DNA of 64,000 nucleotides, from contig OZ336874.1 of NCBI GenBank assembly GCA_965287045.1, positions 66,650,001 to 66,714,000 on the forward strand. Reading direction: 5' to 3'. The notes under the pieces were generated by a model, which worked only from the letters and a program-made list of their open reading frames with translations, did not search any database and was not told the DNA's origin. The first letter of the stretch is position 1. Each line of letters opens with the position of its first letter. Source of the stretch: Carcharhinus amblyrhynchos (taxonomy: Eukaryota). A program made the translations under genes and the position numbers. Below, in pieces: positions 51,846 through 64,000 of this stretch.

Positions 51846-52655
51846 AACAAGTGTGAGGTTATCCACTTCGGCAGAAATAATAGTAGGAGGGGTTACTATT
51901 TAAAGGGCGAAAAGCTGCAGCATGCTATGGTGCAGAGGGACCTGGGGGTCCTTGTGCATTAGTCGCAAAAACCCAGTCTGCAGGTGCAGCAGGTGATCAA
52001 GGCGGCAAATAGAATGCTGGCCTTTATAGCGAGGGGCATAGAATATAAAAGCAGGGAGGTCTTGCTGCGACTGTACAGGGCACTGGTGGGGCCGCAGCTG
52101 GAGTACTGTGTGCAGTCTTGGTCACCGCACTTGCGCAAGGATATTTTGGCCTTGGAGGGAGCGCAGAGGAGGTTCACTTGGCTGATACCGGAGATGAGGG
52201 GGTTGGACTATGAAGAGAGACTAAATAGACTGGGTCTATACTCGGAGTTTAGAAGGATGGGGGGGGATCTTATAGAGACGTATAAGATAATGAAGGGGAT
52301 GGATAGGGTAAAGGTAGAGAGATTCTTCCCGCTTAGAAAGGATAGCAGGACTTGAGGGCACAGCCTCAAGATAGAGGTGGGGGGGCAGTTTCGATCAGAG
52401 TTGAGGAGGAACTTCTTCACTCAAAGGGTGGTGAATCTCTGGAATTCTCTGCCCTTGAAGTGGTGGAGGCTACCTCGCTAAATATATTTAAGTCATGGGT
52501 AGATAGGTTTTTGGTAGACAAGGAAATTAAGGGTTATGGGGAGAAAGTGGAACTGATCCACTTCAGATCAGCCATGGTCTTATTGAATGGCGGGGCAGGC
52601 TCGAAGGGCTCGATGGCCTACTCCTGCTCCTGCTCCTATTTCTCATGTTCTTATG
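51846..52655 (+). mobile_element. CR1 LINE 3' fragment, young and CpG-rich
   Basis: ORF 51984-52355 LYRALVGPQLEYCVQSWSPHLRKDILALEGAQRRFT; tail CTCCTGCTCCTATTTCTCATGTTCTTATG. Confidence 0.92.
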
Positions 52656-53871
52656 TGAACAATTCTTCAGTGCATCTTTAAATGAATCGTAGTAACATTT
52701 CTAACTTATTTCCCAGATATACTTGGACATTTTACTGCCTGTGAAATTGGGAGCAGCAAAATAAGAATATTTACATGATTGCTTTACTAATGGTCTTTTT
52801 ACGTGTTCATTTATGGCACGTTGCTACAAGTCACCCACAGGGCTTACCACGCTATTGCAAGCTTTTTCTAAGTTGAGGATTAAAAACTGAACAATTCCTC
52901 AGAAAATCTGATGCTCAATTTAAAAATTTTTTTCTCAACCATATCGTTATAAAACACTACCTCATATTCAATTAAATTTTGAAAAAAAAACACAACTCCA
53001 GCAGGACACATTTTTATACAATGTCACAGCACAGAAAGAATCTCATTGAATGGTGGAGCAGACTCAATGGGCCAAAAGGCCCATTTCTACTCCAATGTCT
53101 GGAGATCTAATCTGTTCCATCACTCCCACACTGGCTCTCCGAAAAAGCTTTTCTACTTAGCAGCATCCCACTTGCATCTCTTCTTTTCCAAGCATTGAAA
53201 AGATTATGGACCCGGTGTCCACCAGCATTTCAGGTCGAGCATTCACAACCAGTGAAAAGGCAAGGTAGGGCACTTCAGCCTTGGGCACAACCCAGTTCGC
53301 TCAACTATCGAGAATCAAAACCATGAGAAAGGCTATAGGAAAACATTTCAGCTACTCTGCACTGGCTCAAGAATCTTTGTTAAAAATTTTAAACATGTAA
53401 CATTTAATCCACTCCTCATTCAAAATATTTCAGCCTCAAATGCCAGCTGACACTTATAGTCTACTATCTCATGTGTCCTCTTGAAACCATTCACCGAAAA
53501 CTTGAATTTTGTGTCACATGCATATTTTAGATATTGCAGCCCCATAACAGATTCTGCAGCATATAAAATCGAGAGTAATAGTCTGAATACTGACGCCTGG
53601 TTATTACCAGTATTCTCATCCCTCAATCCAAAAACAATTCCATTCACCCTTGCTTCCAGTTGTTTATCTAATTTCCTATCCATATTATCATATTCCCTTT
53701 CAACCTTTATCTCAATTTCGTAAATAACCCTTGTACAACAACTTGGGTCTTTTTAAAATCCATGTACATTTTATTGAAGTATTCCACTGTTTTCCAAAGG
53801 AATTCCATTAAATTCAATTGATACGGTTTGGCTTGAATGAAGAGATTGTATTCCATCATTTATCATTAAAT

Positions 53872-54182
53872 GGACAGCACAGTGGTTAGCACTGCTGCTT
53901 CACAGCGCCAGTGTCCGAGGTTTAATTCCCGGGTCTGTGTCTGTGTAGAGTTTGCACATTCTCCCAGTGTTTGCGTGGGTTTACTCCGAGTGCTCCAGTA
54001 GCCTCCCACAGTTCAAAGATGTGCAAGTTAGATGGATTGGCCATGTCAAATTGCCCCTTAGTGTCAGGGTGACTAGCTAGGGTAAATGCGTGGGGTCATG
54101 GGGATAGGGCCTGGGTGGGAACGTGGTTGCTGCAGACTCAATGAGTTGAATGGCCTCCTCCTGCACTGTAAGATTCTATGAT
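53872..54182 (+). mobile_element. HE1-like V-SINE
   Basis: CAGCACAGTGGTTAGCACTGCTGCTTCACAGCGCC head, V core and CTGCACTGTAAGATTCTATGA tail. Confidence 0.87.
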
Positions 54183-54639
54183 TATTACGTACTATACAAA
54201 ATTTTTATGGCTTTCAAGAAAATGTGACATTAACCTCGATCTCAAATTAATTCTGCTAGTCAGCAATATTCCATCAAATTTCCCTTTGCTATGAGCAGTC
54301 CATTTCTTGTGCTCATGCATACACACATCTCAAGCTGGAATTTCTGCTCATTTGCAGCCAGTTTTGCCCTTCATGATTACTGTGCAGCCACATACCAGTG
54401 CTGCTTAAAATGAATGTTGTCCAGTAGGTCAATTGAATAATTTATAGACAAGGCATCCAGTGATCACTGCCATACCAATGGCCAATCCAGAGCCATGAAC
54501 ATTGGAGAAACTGCACTGGTGTCACGAGTACTGACTCTCTCCTCATTTTAGGAATTCAGCTTTCCTGTACTTACCTGGGCGAAGGCTGTAATGAGATCTG
54601 CAACCAGTGGTCCTGGAAGAACCCAAACAAAGCAATGGT

Positions 54640-54770
54640 GAGACAAAGGGTCCTCCAGACCCTAAACATGGATTCTATTCTCTCCACACAGATGCTGTCA
54701 GGCCTGCTGAGACTTTCCAGCATTTTCTGTTTTTGTTTCAGATTCCAGCAGCTACAATACCTTGCTTTTA
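54640..54770 (+). mobile_element. Penelope-terminus-derived fragment
   Basis: TCTCTCCACACAGATGCTGTCAGGCCTGCTGAGACTTTCCAGCATTTTCTG. Confidence 0.7.
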
Positions 54771-54849
54771 TCTTCTGTACATTATTGTTGTCCAAGTGCA
54801 GTTTAACAGCACTGTTGATGACATCACCTTCCATCTCTTAGCTGATGCC

Positions 54850-55370
54850 TGAGAGCAGACTGATGCATGATAATTTGCCAGATTAGTTTTGTCTTTCTTT
54901 CTGTGAATAGGACATAACTGCGTAATTGTCCACTTTATTCAGCAGAGGCCAGTGTTGCAGCTGCACTGGAATAGTTTGGCTGGAGGCATGACAAGATCTG
55001 GAGCACAAGTGTTCAGTACAGCAGCTGGGATCTTGGTAGGGCCCATTGTCTTTGCTCTATCCAGATTGCTTAGCCATCTTTGACTGTGATCGGAAGTGAT
55101 CAAATTAGCTAAAAACAGGCTTCTGTGAGCATAAAGACCTGAGCAGGAGGCCAAGATAGATCATTCACTTGGCACTTGAGTGAAAGTGGTTGCAAAAACC
55201 TCAGCCTTGTTTTCTAAACTCATGCTGGGTTCAGGTATGAGATGTTCATATGCTCTCCTCCTCTTTTTGTTGAATTCTCCACCGCCATTCACAATTGAAT
55301 GCAGCAAGTAAATCTGTTGGTATTGGTAAAGTTGGAATATGCCAGGCCAGATTTTACTGGGATGAAATGA
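54850..55370 (-). mobile_element. Decayed LINE ORF2 fragment
   Basis: KTMGPTKIPAAVLNTCAPDLVMPPAKLFQCSCNTG and KAEVFATTF, typical of the pre-RT region. Confidence 0.75.
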
Positions 55371-57114
55371 TGCAGCTACTGATAACCCACAGTGCCTTCG
55401 AACTGCTAGATCGGTTCTGAATCTATCCAAAGCCACACAGATTGTGGAGTGTTCCAGGTCTACTGTCAAGACTTCCAATAGCATGCTAATGGACACGCTT
55501 AGTAAGATATTACTCCTCCAATGCAGAGCAAAATCAGTGCAAACATACTGCCAATTTCATACAACACAATTTGCTGGGCAGGAATAGCTTGGAATGGTTG
55601 CTGCATTTGCCTACACACAAACATAGTCATTGTTTACCAAGTAGTAATTAATTGGGGTGAATTTTGCAGTCACCTGGTGCATTTCAATGCGGGGGGGAGG
55701 TAGTGCCAGGCAATTGGGGATACACTCGTAAAATAGAACAAGTGACAAGCCTGCCATTACTTTCCTGCTAACTGTCAACCTCTTTCCCACATGACAGGGC
55801 TGGATAAGACATTCAGCAGCCTGTCTGACCTCAGGCCTACTGAGGCCCTTATGTGGATAATTAACTGCCACCTAAAGGCCTTATTCTGCTTCCCAATTGC
55901 TCTAACCCAAGCCCCCATCCCATTCACTCCCTTCACTGGGGAACCCAGACATTTCTACCCAAAATTCTCAGGCTTGCTTCAAGTCCAGGAGGCATCTTCA
56001 CTTCTTCATGCGGACTATTTCAATTCCAGCAGTACCCACAAGGATCTTTGGGCGCTGCTAAGATGACAGCAGCTGCTGACCAATCCACTTCATGTGAAGC
56101 ACCAAGAGATATTTCAGCCGCATAGAAACAGTGCAAGTATAACCTTTAATGGTATGAGCAAAACTGTTGAGTTTCATTTATAAGGTTAATTGGCCAGATT
56201 CTGCGGATAGTGAACTGTCATGGTCCCAACCATTATCCCCTCTAGATCTAATCATAACTTCAGAATTTAGCATAAGCACCTATTAACACAGAAATGCTGA
56301 AGCTGCAGCTTGTCCTTAACTGCCCCATCACAGCCTCCACTGTGAACCTCTTTCACCATCATTAACTGCTCCAACATGGGCTGCGCTGTGAACCCCAGTC
56401 ATGCTCAGCCAGAAGTTTCAAACAATGATCTGAACAATAGAGACTGCTGAACAAACTGATGTGGAACTAAGAAGTTGTTAAATGTCTCCATCATGATTAA
56501 TGACTGGACTCTTGTAAATAATTTCAAAACATTTATGATACTATAACTTTTGCCATAACCCTATACCAATGCCCCAATCTTTGTTCCACAATGTGTAAAC
56601 ATCTTTAAAAAAAGTGATTTCATGATTTGCAGCTTTCATTTTGCTGTCTGTGAACATTCATCATTATCACTGACTGCTTAGACAACTTGATGATTTCATT
56701 GCAGCTCAACACTGGAAATCCCCATTAACTTGCACTGCAATCACATGCACATTGATTTGAAATTCTTCGTGCAAAGATCACTAGATACCGAAGCAGCTTT
56801 GAGGTCAACGATTGCTGATGTTCTGCTGCTGACTGAAAATTACAGGCCAGTGTCTCATGTTCTCACCTGATAAAACTTGCCTACTTTCTCTCAGTTGGTT
56901 CAGTGTGGCACACAATATCCAAACTGTTTATATCAGACAGTGGAGGTCAGAGCAAAACTATAAATCATGGCCTAAACTTCCATTCTTGAGTGACTTCCCA
57001 TCAGCTGCTTCATGCTTCTACACCTAGGTTGACTGAACTGCCACTGGATGGCACAGAAATTGGCCGTGTAGCTGATAGAAGACTATAGCTGTTGGTTTCA
57101 GAATATCAATGATG

Positions 57115-57888
57115 AGTCCTAGTGGCAAATGGATTCTAATCGGAAGAAATGAGTGGTAATGCACTCAGGGAGGGCAAACACCAAAAAAGACTCAGTAAAC
57201 AGAAGGATATTGAGTAGAGTAGAGGAAGTGAGGGGCCTTCACATATTCACAGGTCCCTGAAGATGGATGAGGTGGAAAAGAGAGCATCTGGAATGCTTTT
57301 CTTCATTAGATAAGGTATTGAATACAAAAGCAAGAATGTTGCGCTGCAACTGTGTAAAACAGACTAGATCACTGCTGAAATTGTGTACACAGCTTTGGTC
57401 ACCACATAGCAGGAAGGATATAATTGCTCTGGAGACAGAATTTTGGCAAGGCTTGAAGACTATAATTTTAAGGGAATACTGGAGAGGCTAGAGTTGTTTT
57501 CCTTTGAAGACAGGAGGCTGAGGGGTGACCTGCTTGAAGTATATAAAATTAGAGGGGGCCTAAACAGGGATGCCCTGTTTCAAGCTCAGGGCTCAATTAC
57601 CAGGGAAGCACAGGTTTAAGGTGATTGGTAGAAGGATCAGAAGGGAAACAAGGAAAAATGCTCACCCAGAGGGGATGGGCATCTGAAGTTACTGCCCAAA
57701 TTGGTGGTCGATGTTGAAACTCATTTAAAAAAGGTGCTTGGATCTGCATCTGAAGGGCTGTAGCCAGCAAGCTACGGACCAGATTCTGGAAAGTCGGATT
57801 AAATGAGCCGCTAGTTGATGCTCATCTCTCTTTTTTGGCGCAGACACAATGGGCTGATTGGCCTCTTTCAGTGACGTAACTTGTCTAT
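57115..57888 (+). mobile_element. CR1 LINE 3' fragment, decayed
   Basis: CTQLWSPHSRKDIIALE and RRLRGDLLEVYKI remnants. Confidence 0.8.
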
Positions 57889-60769
57889 GGAGGAGCAACT
57901 CCAAGGTCATTGCAGTCAGATTTCTGCATCATTGAGTTAATTGAGGAGCACTTTGAACACAACAGGCTGAATAACTTTTGATTTATACTTCTGCAGGTAG
58001 GAAATTATTTTTACACTACTTCTTTGTTGCTGACAGTCATTTGCCTTTGCTTATCAGCAATTCAAACCACTGACAACTTTGCTGACATGGCTTCTACCCA
58101 AACTTCCTTGCAAAAAAAATTTATCAAGCCTTCCCTGCATGGTCCGTTCTGGAAACAATGAGGGAATCCTCTGCAGTTTAGCAACAGTAGGCCATTAGTT
58201 GTGTGCCACGGTGTGGACTAATCTCATTCATAGAAATGCAAATGAACAGTGAAAGTGAATTTCATAGCCCCACAATTTAATGTCTTGGAACAAGATTTCT
58301 CAAATCTTTTAAATCTGGCTGGATTGAAAATGTTTGATAACCATTACAAAAATATGGATGCAAAGGATCAAAGGTAATGTTTTTGTAACTTATCAGAATA
58401 TAGAAAGAGTGAGCTTTTCCCCTCAGCAACCAAACATCCCCTGCTTCACTGCCACATCAAAATAAGTGAGTGACTCACCCCCCTACCCTAAGGGCAGAAG
58501 AATTTTATCAGGTAATCAATAAATCACCAAGGTACTTTCATATTACTGTAGATTTCATTAATATTCATAGTCACCAATCAGCTCTTGCGTATTCCCTAAG
58601 CAGGCTTCCCGAACCCCAGCGACAAATGGATAAATCAATTTTTTTTGCTGGGAAGTTGCAGCTCATGGCTGTGCTTACAAAGACTGAACACGAGTTTCAC
58701 GCCTGTTGCACTGGTAGCATCTCATTCATGCAAGATGACAATTACTTATTAGCCCAGCCTTTAACAACATTGGGAGAATGAAGACTGCACTCTCCCATAA
58801 ACAAACCAGAATTCGAATGATGTTTTATTCTCCTAATCACTGCAGTATTGTATTCATTTCTGTCTCTTAAATATAAAATTGTCCAATTTAACAAGTGGAA
58901 CTGTGTTTCTTATCTGCACAAAAATAGCAACTAAAGTGAAAAATTCAAAACATTGGGACTATAATGCAATAAATTTTTGGTGTAGCAAAATTGAGTAATT
59001 AACTTGAGTTTTGTACAAAATTCAATTCTGAACTTAAGTTAAGAACTTCTGATAATACTTGGTTCACAGACATCATTGCTGCATTGTTCTAAACATTCCA
59101 TGAGAATTTTCTTCATTTGAGCTTTATGGTCATGCTGATAGGCTCACATTGGCCAGAGACTTTTTCCTCCCTTTTGCAGTTACTTCATAAGCATTTGTTT
59201 CTAAATAATTAAAGCTCATGCGCAGTGTATCATGAATAAGATATGTGAATGACTCACCAAATCTGTTCATGGCAAAAATAAAATCAAGTGTCAAGTTTTT
59301 TTTTCATTTTTAAAAAAACCTCAAGGAAATCCACTGAAATGTAAATCAACAAACATGTCCCAGACACTCAACCATTTTGAAGCCCAAAGTTTCATCCAGG
59401 TTGCTTTATTTACTTGAATTTGGATGAAATTTATTTTGGAATCAGCTGAATAATTAGATACATAAATAACAACATATATAAAAAAGCCATTAAAAAATTA
59501 CAAGTCTCAAAAAGCTTTTAAAAAACTACTGTATTCAATAAACACCTGCAAAATGTTTCTCCGACACAGGCTTGTTCTGGCTTGCAAGCCAAGACTAGAT
59601 TCCCCAATTTGGAGACTCAACCAAATGCCAGACACAAGTAATGCACTCAAGTCATTTTTGCATATCACTTATGATAATTAACTTTGCTTCCAGTGGCAAC
59701 CATTATGAAACTTGGATAGACAATTTCTCCCAAATTTAAGCTTAAGGCCACCTTAAGACATGGTATCAAATGTACTTGGGAGCTTGCCAATGAAAAATAA
59801 AAATCAGCTAGACATTGAGTTTTTTTCTCCCTCATTGAACAATGTGTAGAAATTGCGTCCAAAAACTTATAACAACCACTACCACAGTTAATAAACAAGC
59901 AATTTCTACATTTCACCAGCCATTCCTCACAGCCCCACTCCCCACAGCCCCATTCCATCCTCTAGTCCAGAATATTACAACTATAATTATAAAATATATA
60001 GACATATCCATACTCAATGTTGTATAACACGTATGGCGTGGAAGATCAGTTGTTTCCATGGAAGTATAATATTTAACAGACATTTTATATGATAAATCAA
60101 GTTATACAAGTATTTAAAAAGTGTATAGATTCAAAATATAAAATACTCTCAAGGGAAGAAAAGTTATCAAAAAACTTATGGTCCAGCTTCAGCCAACAAA
60201 ACCAAACTGGGTTTTCTTTCCAAAGGGAAACACTAATACTTGTTTACATCCCACGGCTCATTGTCAGAGCAACGGACACATGTCAGACTTCGGCTCACGC
60301 TTATCAGCAGATCTGAACCCCACACGTAGCAAATGAGAATTTATGCAATTTCTAATATGACTGAAACATGCTCAGTTTATGACAATATAATCATTCAATG
60401 CAAGGTTCACATCACACAACTGATCTACAGCTGGAACTCCACTCACAGACTCTGCTTCTCTTTCAGTTTCCTAGTTGTTCCAGTTCTTGTGGCTTCAGCT
60501 ATTGCCAGTCAAATCTTGTGCAATCAACAGCAACACAAATGCAACCTGGTCAGATTCTTTTAGGCCAGCAGCAAGCAAACTTTTTTGACCATAATACATC
60601 CAGCAAGTTTACTTCAAAGTTGTTACCAGTTACTCCAGTCTGGAAGCCAACACTCCTGGTGCACCAATAAACCTCAAAAGCAGTGAAAAAGCACCTTCAT
60701 TTCCTAGAAGGTACTCAAATAACTTATTGCAAATAACAATCCAAATCACAATGATATTTCCACACCTAC

Positions 60770-60865
60770 CTGAGCTTTGGTTTGCTGTGTTCTGTCCCTG
60801 TACTGATGACCATCTCTGTTCGCTGTTAGAGCACTATCTGCATGAATTGAACCAACCGGAGTAGG
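60770..60865 (-). CDS. CSNK1G3: CK1 gamma 3 exon PTPVGSIHADSALTANRDGHQYRDRTQQTKAQ
   Basis: tttctttaattgtAG|CCT ACT CCG ... GCT CAG|GTaggt; 96 nt, phase 0-0; continues KQL-PTPVG as in CK1 gamma 3. Confidence 0.95.
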
Positions 60866-62615
60866 CTACAATTAAAGAAAACAGTCTTTACAATCTTAAA
60901 TAAAGATAACTGAAGTGTCAACGTGAACTTGAAACAGCTGCTCTTTGTTACTCATTGGAAGTACACAATACTGCCTTTTGCCTGCAAACATTAATCTACA
61001 TCACTCAGCTAACAATAAAGTGAGCGTTGAAATTGCAACATGCAACAAGTCCCCAGTCAGCATTCAATTAATATTTCCAGAATGCCAAATTAAGCAGGTA
61101 TCCCTATATTTCTCCTTACACAAGCTCTATTTTTCTTGGAGTCAAAAGGTTGTAGGTTCATGCTCCACTCCAGAGACTTGAGCACATTATCTCCGCAGTT
61201 AGCCGAATTGGGAAACATTTCTGATGTTGAAGACAAACTGATGCAAGGGCAATCGCAAAAGAAGTGACAGTGGCTGTTAATATACATGTATTTTTCCTGC
61301 CCCTTCCTTTTGTTCGACTCAGCTGTATTTTTTTTAAATAGTTCTCATCAAGGGTCCACAGCAAAAGTTAAAATGTCCATTTCTCTCCAGTGCAACCCGA
61401 CACCCATTTCTCACATTGTTTTGTGAACAATCTTGCGACCTTGTCCAAAAAAAAGTTTCTTTTCACCAGAAAAGATTGATCTTTTTGCCTGAACAAGTTA
61501 TTCTTGCAGCTATATATATTTCTAGGTAACTGTTAATTTGTTTGTTGCAATACTGGTTACTGAGCCGTGTGGTGGAAAGGTGCATCACGATTTCATTGGC
61601 GTAACTATGGCAACTGTGTCATGTCTGTTGATGCTTTGACTAGAGGAAACATTTTGATGAAAATGATGGGTCCTTGGATAGGAGATAAGTTATTGATGGA
61701 GATGCGCTGACTGTGTTCATTCAGGTAGGAGTAGAACCACATAACAGGAATTCCTTAATTGGGAAATGGATGAAAGGGAATCAAGGAAAAACACTGTTGG
61801 AGATACACAGATGTAATCATTTGGATGGGTATTTGGGAAAATGCACTATAAGCAGCTACAAAGAAATGTATTTGTACTGATCCAGGCATCTCTGCCTTTC
61901 TCTTAAAGAGAACTGCTTTCCTGAATAATTGAGTTATTGAAAAATAATTTGCTGCTGTCATAAATGTCAATGCTCCTAAACTGTCTATTTATCCAGAAGT
62001 GTGTCACACACAAAAGGCTTGAAATAATGTTTCATTCTGCAGCACTGACAACTCTTAATACAACAAATGTATTTGGCATCAATTTCCATTCATTGCAAAC
62101 TCAAATAAACATTAACAAAAGGTAGAGTAATGAATTGCACCATCATTCATTATTAGATGGGCTTGCAATTATGAACCAGGAAACCAACCTCCTTTAATAG
62201 CATATAAAACATTAGTTACAATGTGCAATTAAAATGCTCAATGATGCAGAAGCATTATATGAACTTCATACAATGCAATGGGAAGTACAGCCTCTTTCAT
62301 GCTGAACTGCTTCTAAAAGGGCACACCCAGTGATGCAAGATTGAAACTGACTTCCATGCACTATGTCTGAATCATTTGATGCAATCCTGCAGCACTCAAA
62401 GTAGTGTTGGTAAACCAGATAGCCTTGCTCATTGAGTACAGTGGTACTGAAAGTATAATGGATAAATGGGTCTATTCAGCTCCAGATAACCCTGCACACC
62501 AATTCCATGTTATGTAAAAAGTGTTCCTTGTCAGATAAGCAATGAGCCTTTACCGATGCTTGTAATGGAAAACATTGCTTGGTTTTAGGCTATTAAAGCC
62601 AAGGTTCACAAGGTT

Positions 62616-62979
62616 GGGGAGGCGATGGTCTAGTGGTATTATCGCTAGATTATTAATCTAGAAACTCAGCTAATGGTCTGGGAATCGGGGTTCGAATCCC
62701 CATGGGAGATGACGGAATTTGAATTCAATAAAAAAAATCTAAATTAAGAATCTACTAATGACAACGAAGTCATTGTTGATTGTCGAGGAAGCCCATCTGG
62801 TTCACTTATGCCCTTCAGGGAAGGAAATGTGCTGTCTTTACCTGATCTGGCCTACATCTGATTCCAGAGCCATAGCAATATGATTGGCTCTCAACTGCCC
62901 TCCGAACAAGGGCCACGAGGGATGGCCAATAAATGCTGGCCAGCCAGCGACGTCCGTGTCCCATGAATGAATGAAAAAA
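62616..62979 (+). mobile_element. Full-length tRNA-derived SINE with intact Pol III boxes
   Basis: A box TGGTCTAGTGG 62626-62636, B box GGTTCGAATCC 62689-62699, LINE-like tail ending TGAATGAATGAAAAAA. Confidence 0.88.
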
Positions 62980-63789
62980 GCTACAGCAATAATTCTGCAG
63001 ACAATTAAAGATCCTGAATCACTGGCACTTGCTGATCTTCAGCTAAATTCATTGAACTAAGGTAAGTGAGGTGTGACCCACCAGGGATTCCTCAGTGCTT
63101 TGGTTTGAAGCTTTGTCAGCAGAGTGATGGATTTCTGCTGTGCCAAACAGCAGACTAAATCAGAGTTCAATAATAGTTCTAGTTCCTTGTATTTTTTCCT
63201 CTCGATTTTCTTCCCTTTTTACTAGTTTGGTTACACATCCATGGATGTCAGAAGCCCTTCAACAACTCATCCAAGGAATTATTTTGCTTACATAAGACAT
63301 GGTAGTGAATGCTGGCAGACAATTTAATTGTACAGGGCATCACAACAAAGTCAAACTTAATACTTTCCAACTCAGGGTTCTGAAACCTCCAGCCCCAGCT
63401 CCTCCACTGCTGCTGTCTGAGATTAGCTATCATGAAACAGATTGAGAATTAAGCCCAGTACGCTTGAGAATCGTGCCTCAGTTATGTTTAGTAAGCCACT
63501 GTGGATACAGAGCATAGTCAGTCTGACTTTCAGAATATGATACAGAGGGTTCTGAGTTTCAACATCACATGAGCACATCTCATATCAGCTTCAGCTTTGC
63601 TCAAGCTTCACATTCCAAACATTATTTGTGATAAAGGACGAAACATTTTAAAGTTGCAGACAGAGGCCAACAATTTTATCTGGATTTCTAATCCCATCCA
63701 GAAATATCTGAAGTGCCTGTTGCGTTTTGCAATAACTATATTCACCTGACAAAAATAATATTTGTAAATAAGTCAATTTTTAGTCTTAC

Positions 63790-63938
63790 AAGCTGTTTGC
63801 CAATCCAGTCATATTCATAATCGAACATGTAACCCTTCTTATCAAATAAGTCTGTGAAGAGCTTCCTTAGGTAATCATAGTCTGGTTTCTCAAAGAAGTC
63901 CAATCTTCTTACATAACGCAAGTATGTCGCCATCTCTT
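63790..63938 (-). CDS. CSNK1G3: CK1 gamma 3 exon, end of kinase domain: [50 protein letters not shown]; upstream exons lie beyond the window
   Basis: tgtgtttacAG|AA GAG ATG ... CAG CTT|GTaaga; [15 protein letters not shown] is characteristic of gamma 3 among the CK1 gamma paralogues. Confidence 0.97.
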
Positions 63939-64000
63939 CTGTAAACACAAAATTACAGTTTAAATGTTTTATCTTGGAGTCATTAAATATCACCACTTTC

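Noticed and set aside
54568-54612. TACTTACCTGG (U1 snRNA 5'-like) and a possible 38-nt cryptic exon ending CAG|GTAAGT
   Set aside because: The U1 similarity is only 11 nt; the candidate exon is frame-shifting, lies among repeat debris and has no protein similarity
62616-62710. tRNA gene
   Set aside because: The A and B boxes belong to a multi-copy SINE head; no cloverleaf is evident and the SINE body follows
63742-63996. 84-aa ORF as a standalone gene
   Set aside because: Only 63790-63938 is exonic; the ends are intronic read-through

Overview
Eukaryotic vertebrate genomic DNA, most likely from a shark or other cartilaginous fish, judged from HE1-like V-SINEs, Deu-domain SINEs and abundant CR1, Rex/Babar and Penelope remnants. 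The only host gene I can support is the 3' half of casein kinase 1 gamma 3 (CSNK1G3) on the minus strand. It has six coding exons with canonical GT-AG sites: 63790-63938, 60770-60865, a 96-nt probable cassette at 47276-47371, 42182-42288, a 24-nt microexon at 37428-37451, and a last coding exon at 22504-22558. A 3'UTR of about 2-2.5 kb follows, then about 19 kb of intergenic DNA. Nearly all ORFs in the supplied track are spurious or transposon-derived. There are no CRISPR arrays, operons or rRNA/tRNA genes, and I cannot claim a proven new system. The best leads are: (1) an intronic module combining a 51-bp inverted repeat, four perfect CArG boxes and a perfect 58 x 14-bp minisatellite; (2) minimal hammerhead-ribozyme motifs in Penelope-derived repeats, one with an intact core on the pre-mRNA sense strand; (3) combinatorial splicing of the kinase tail (NAGNAG acceptor, RBFOX-flanked cassette exon with an atypical acceptor, microexon next to the CCC motif); (4) a clean hAT MITE with a perfect 8-bp TSD. 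Repeat boundaries are approximate and family names come from recognition, not database searches.
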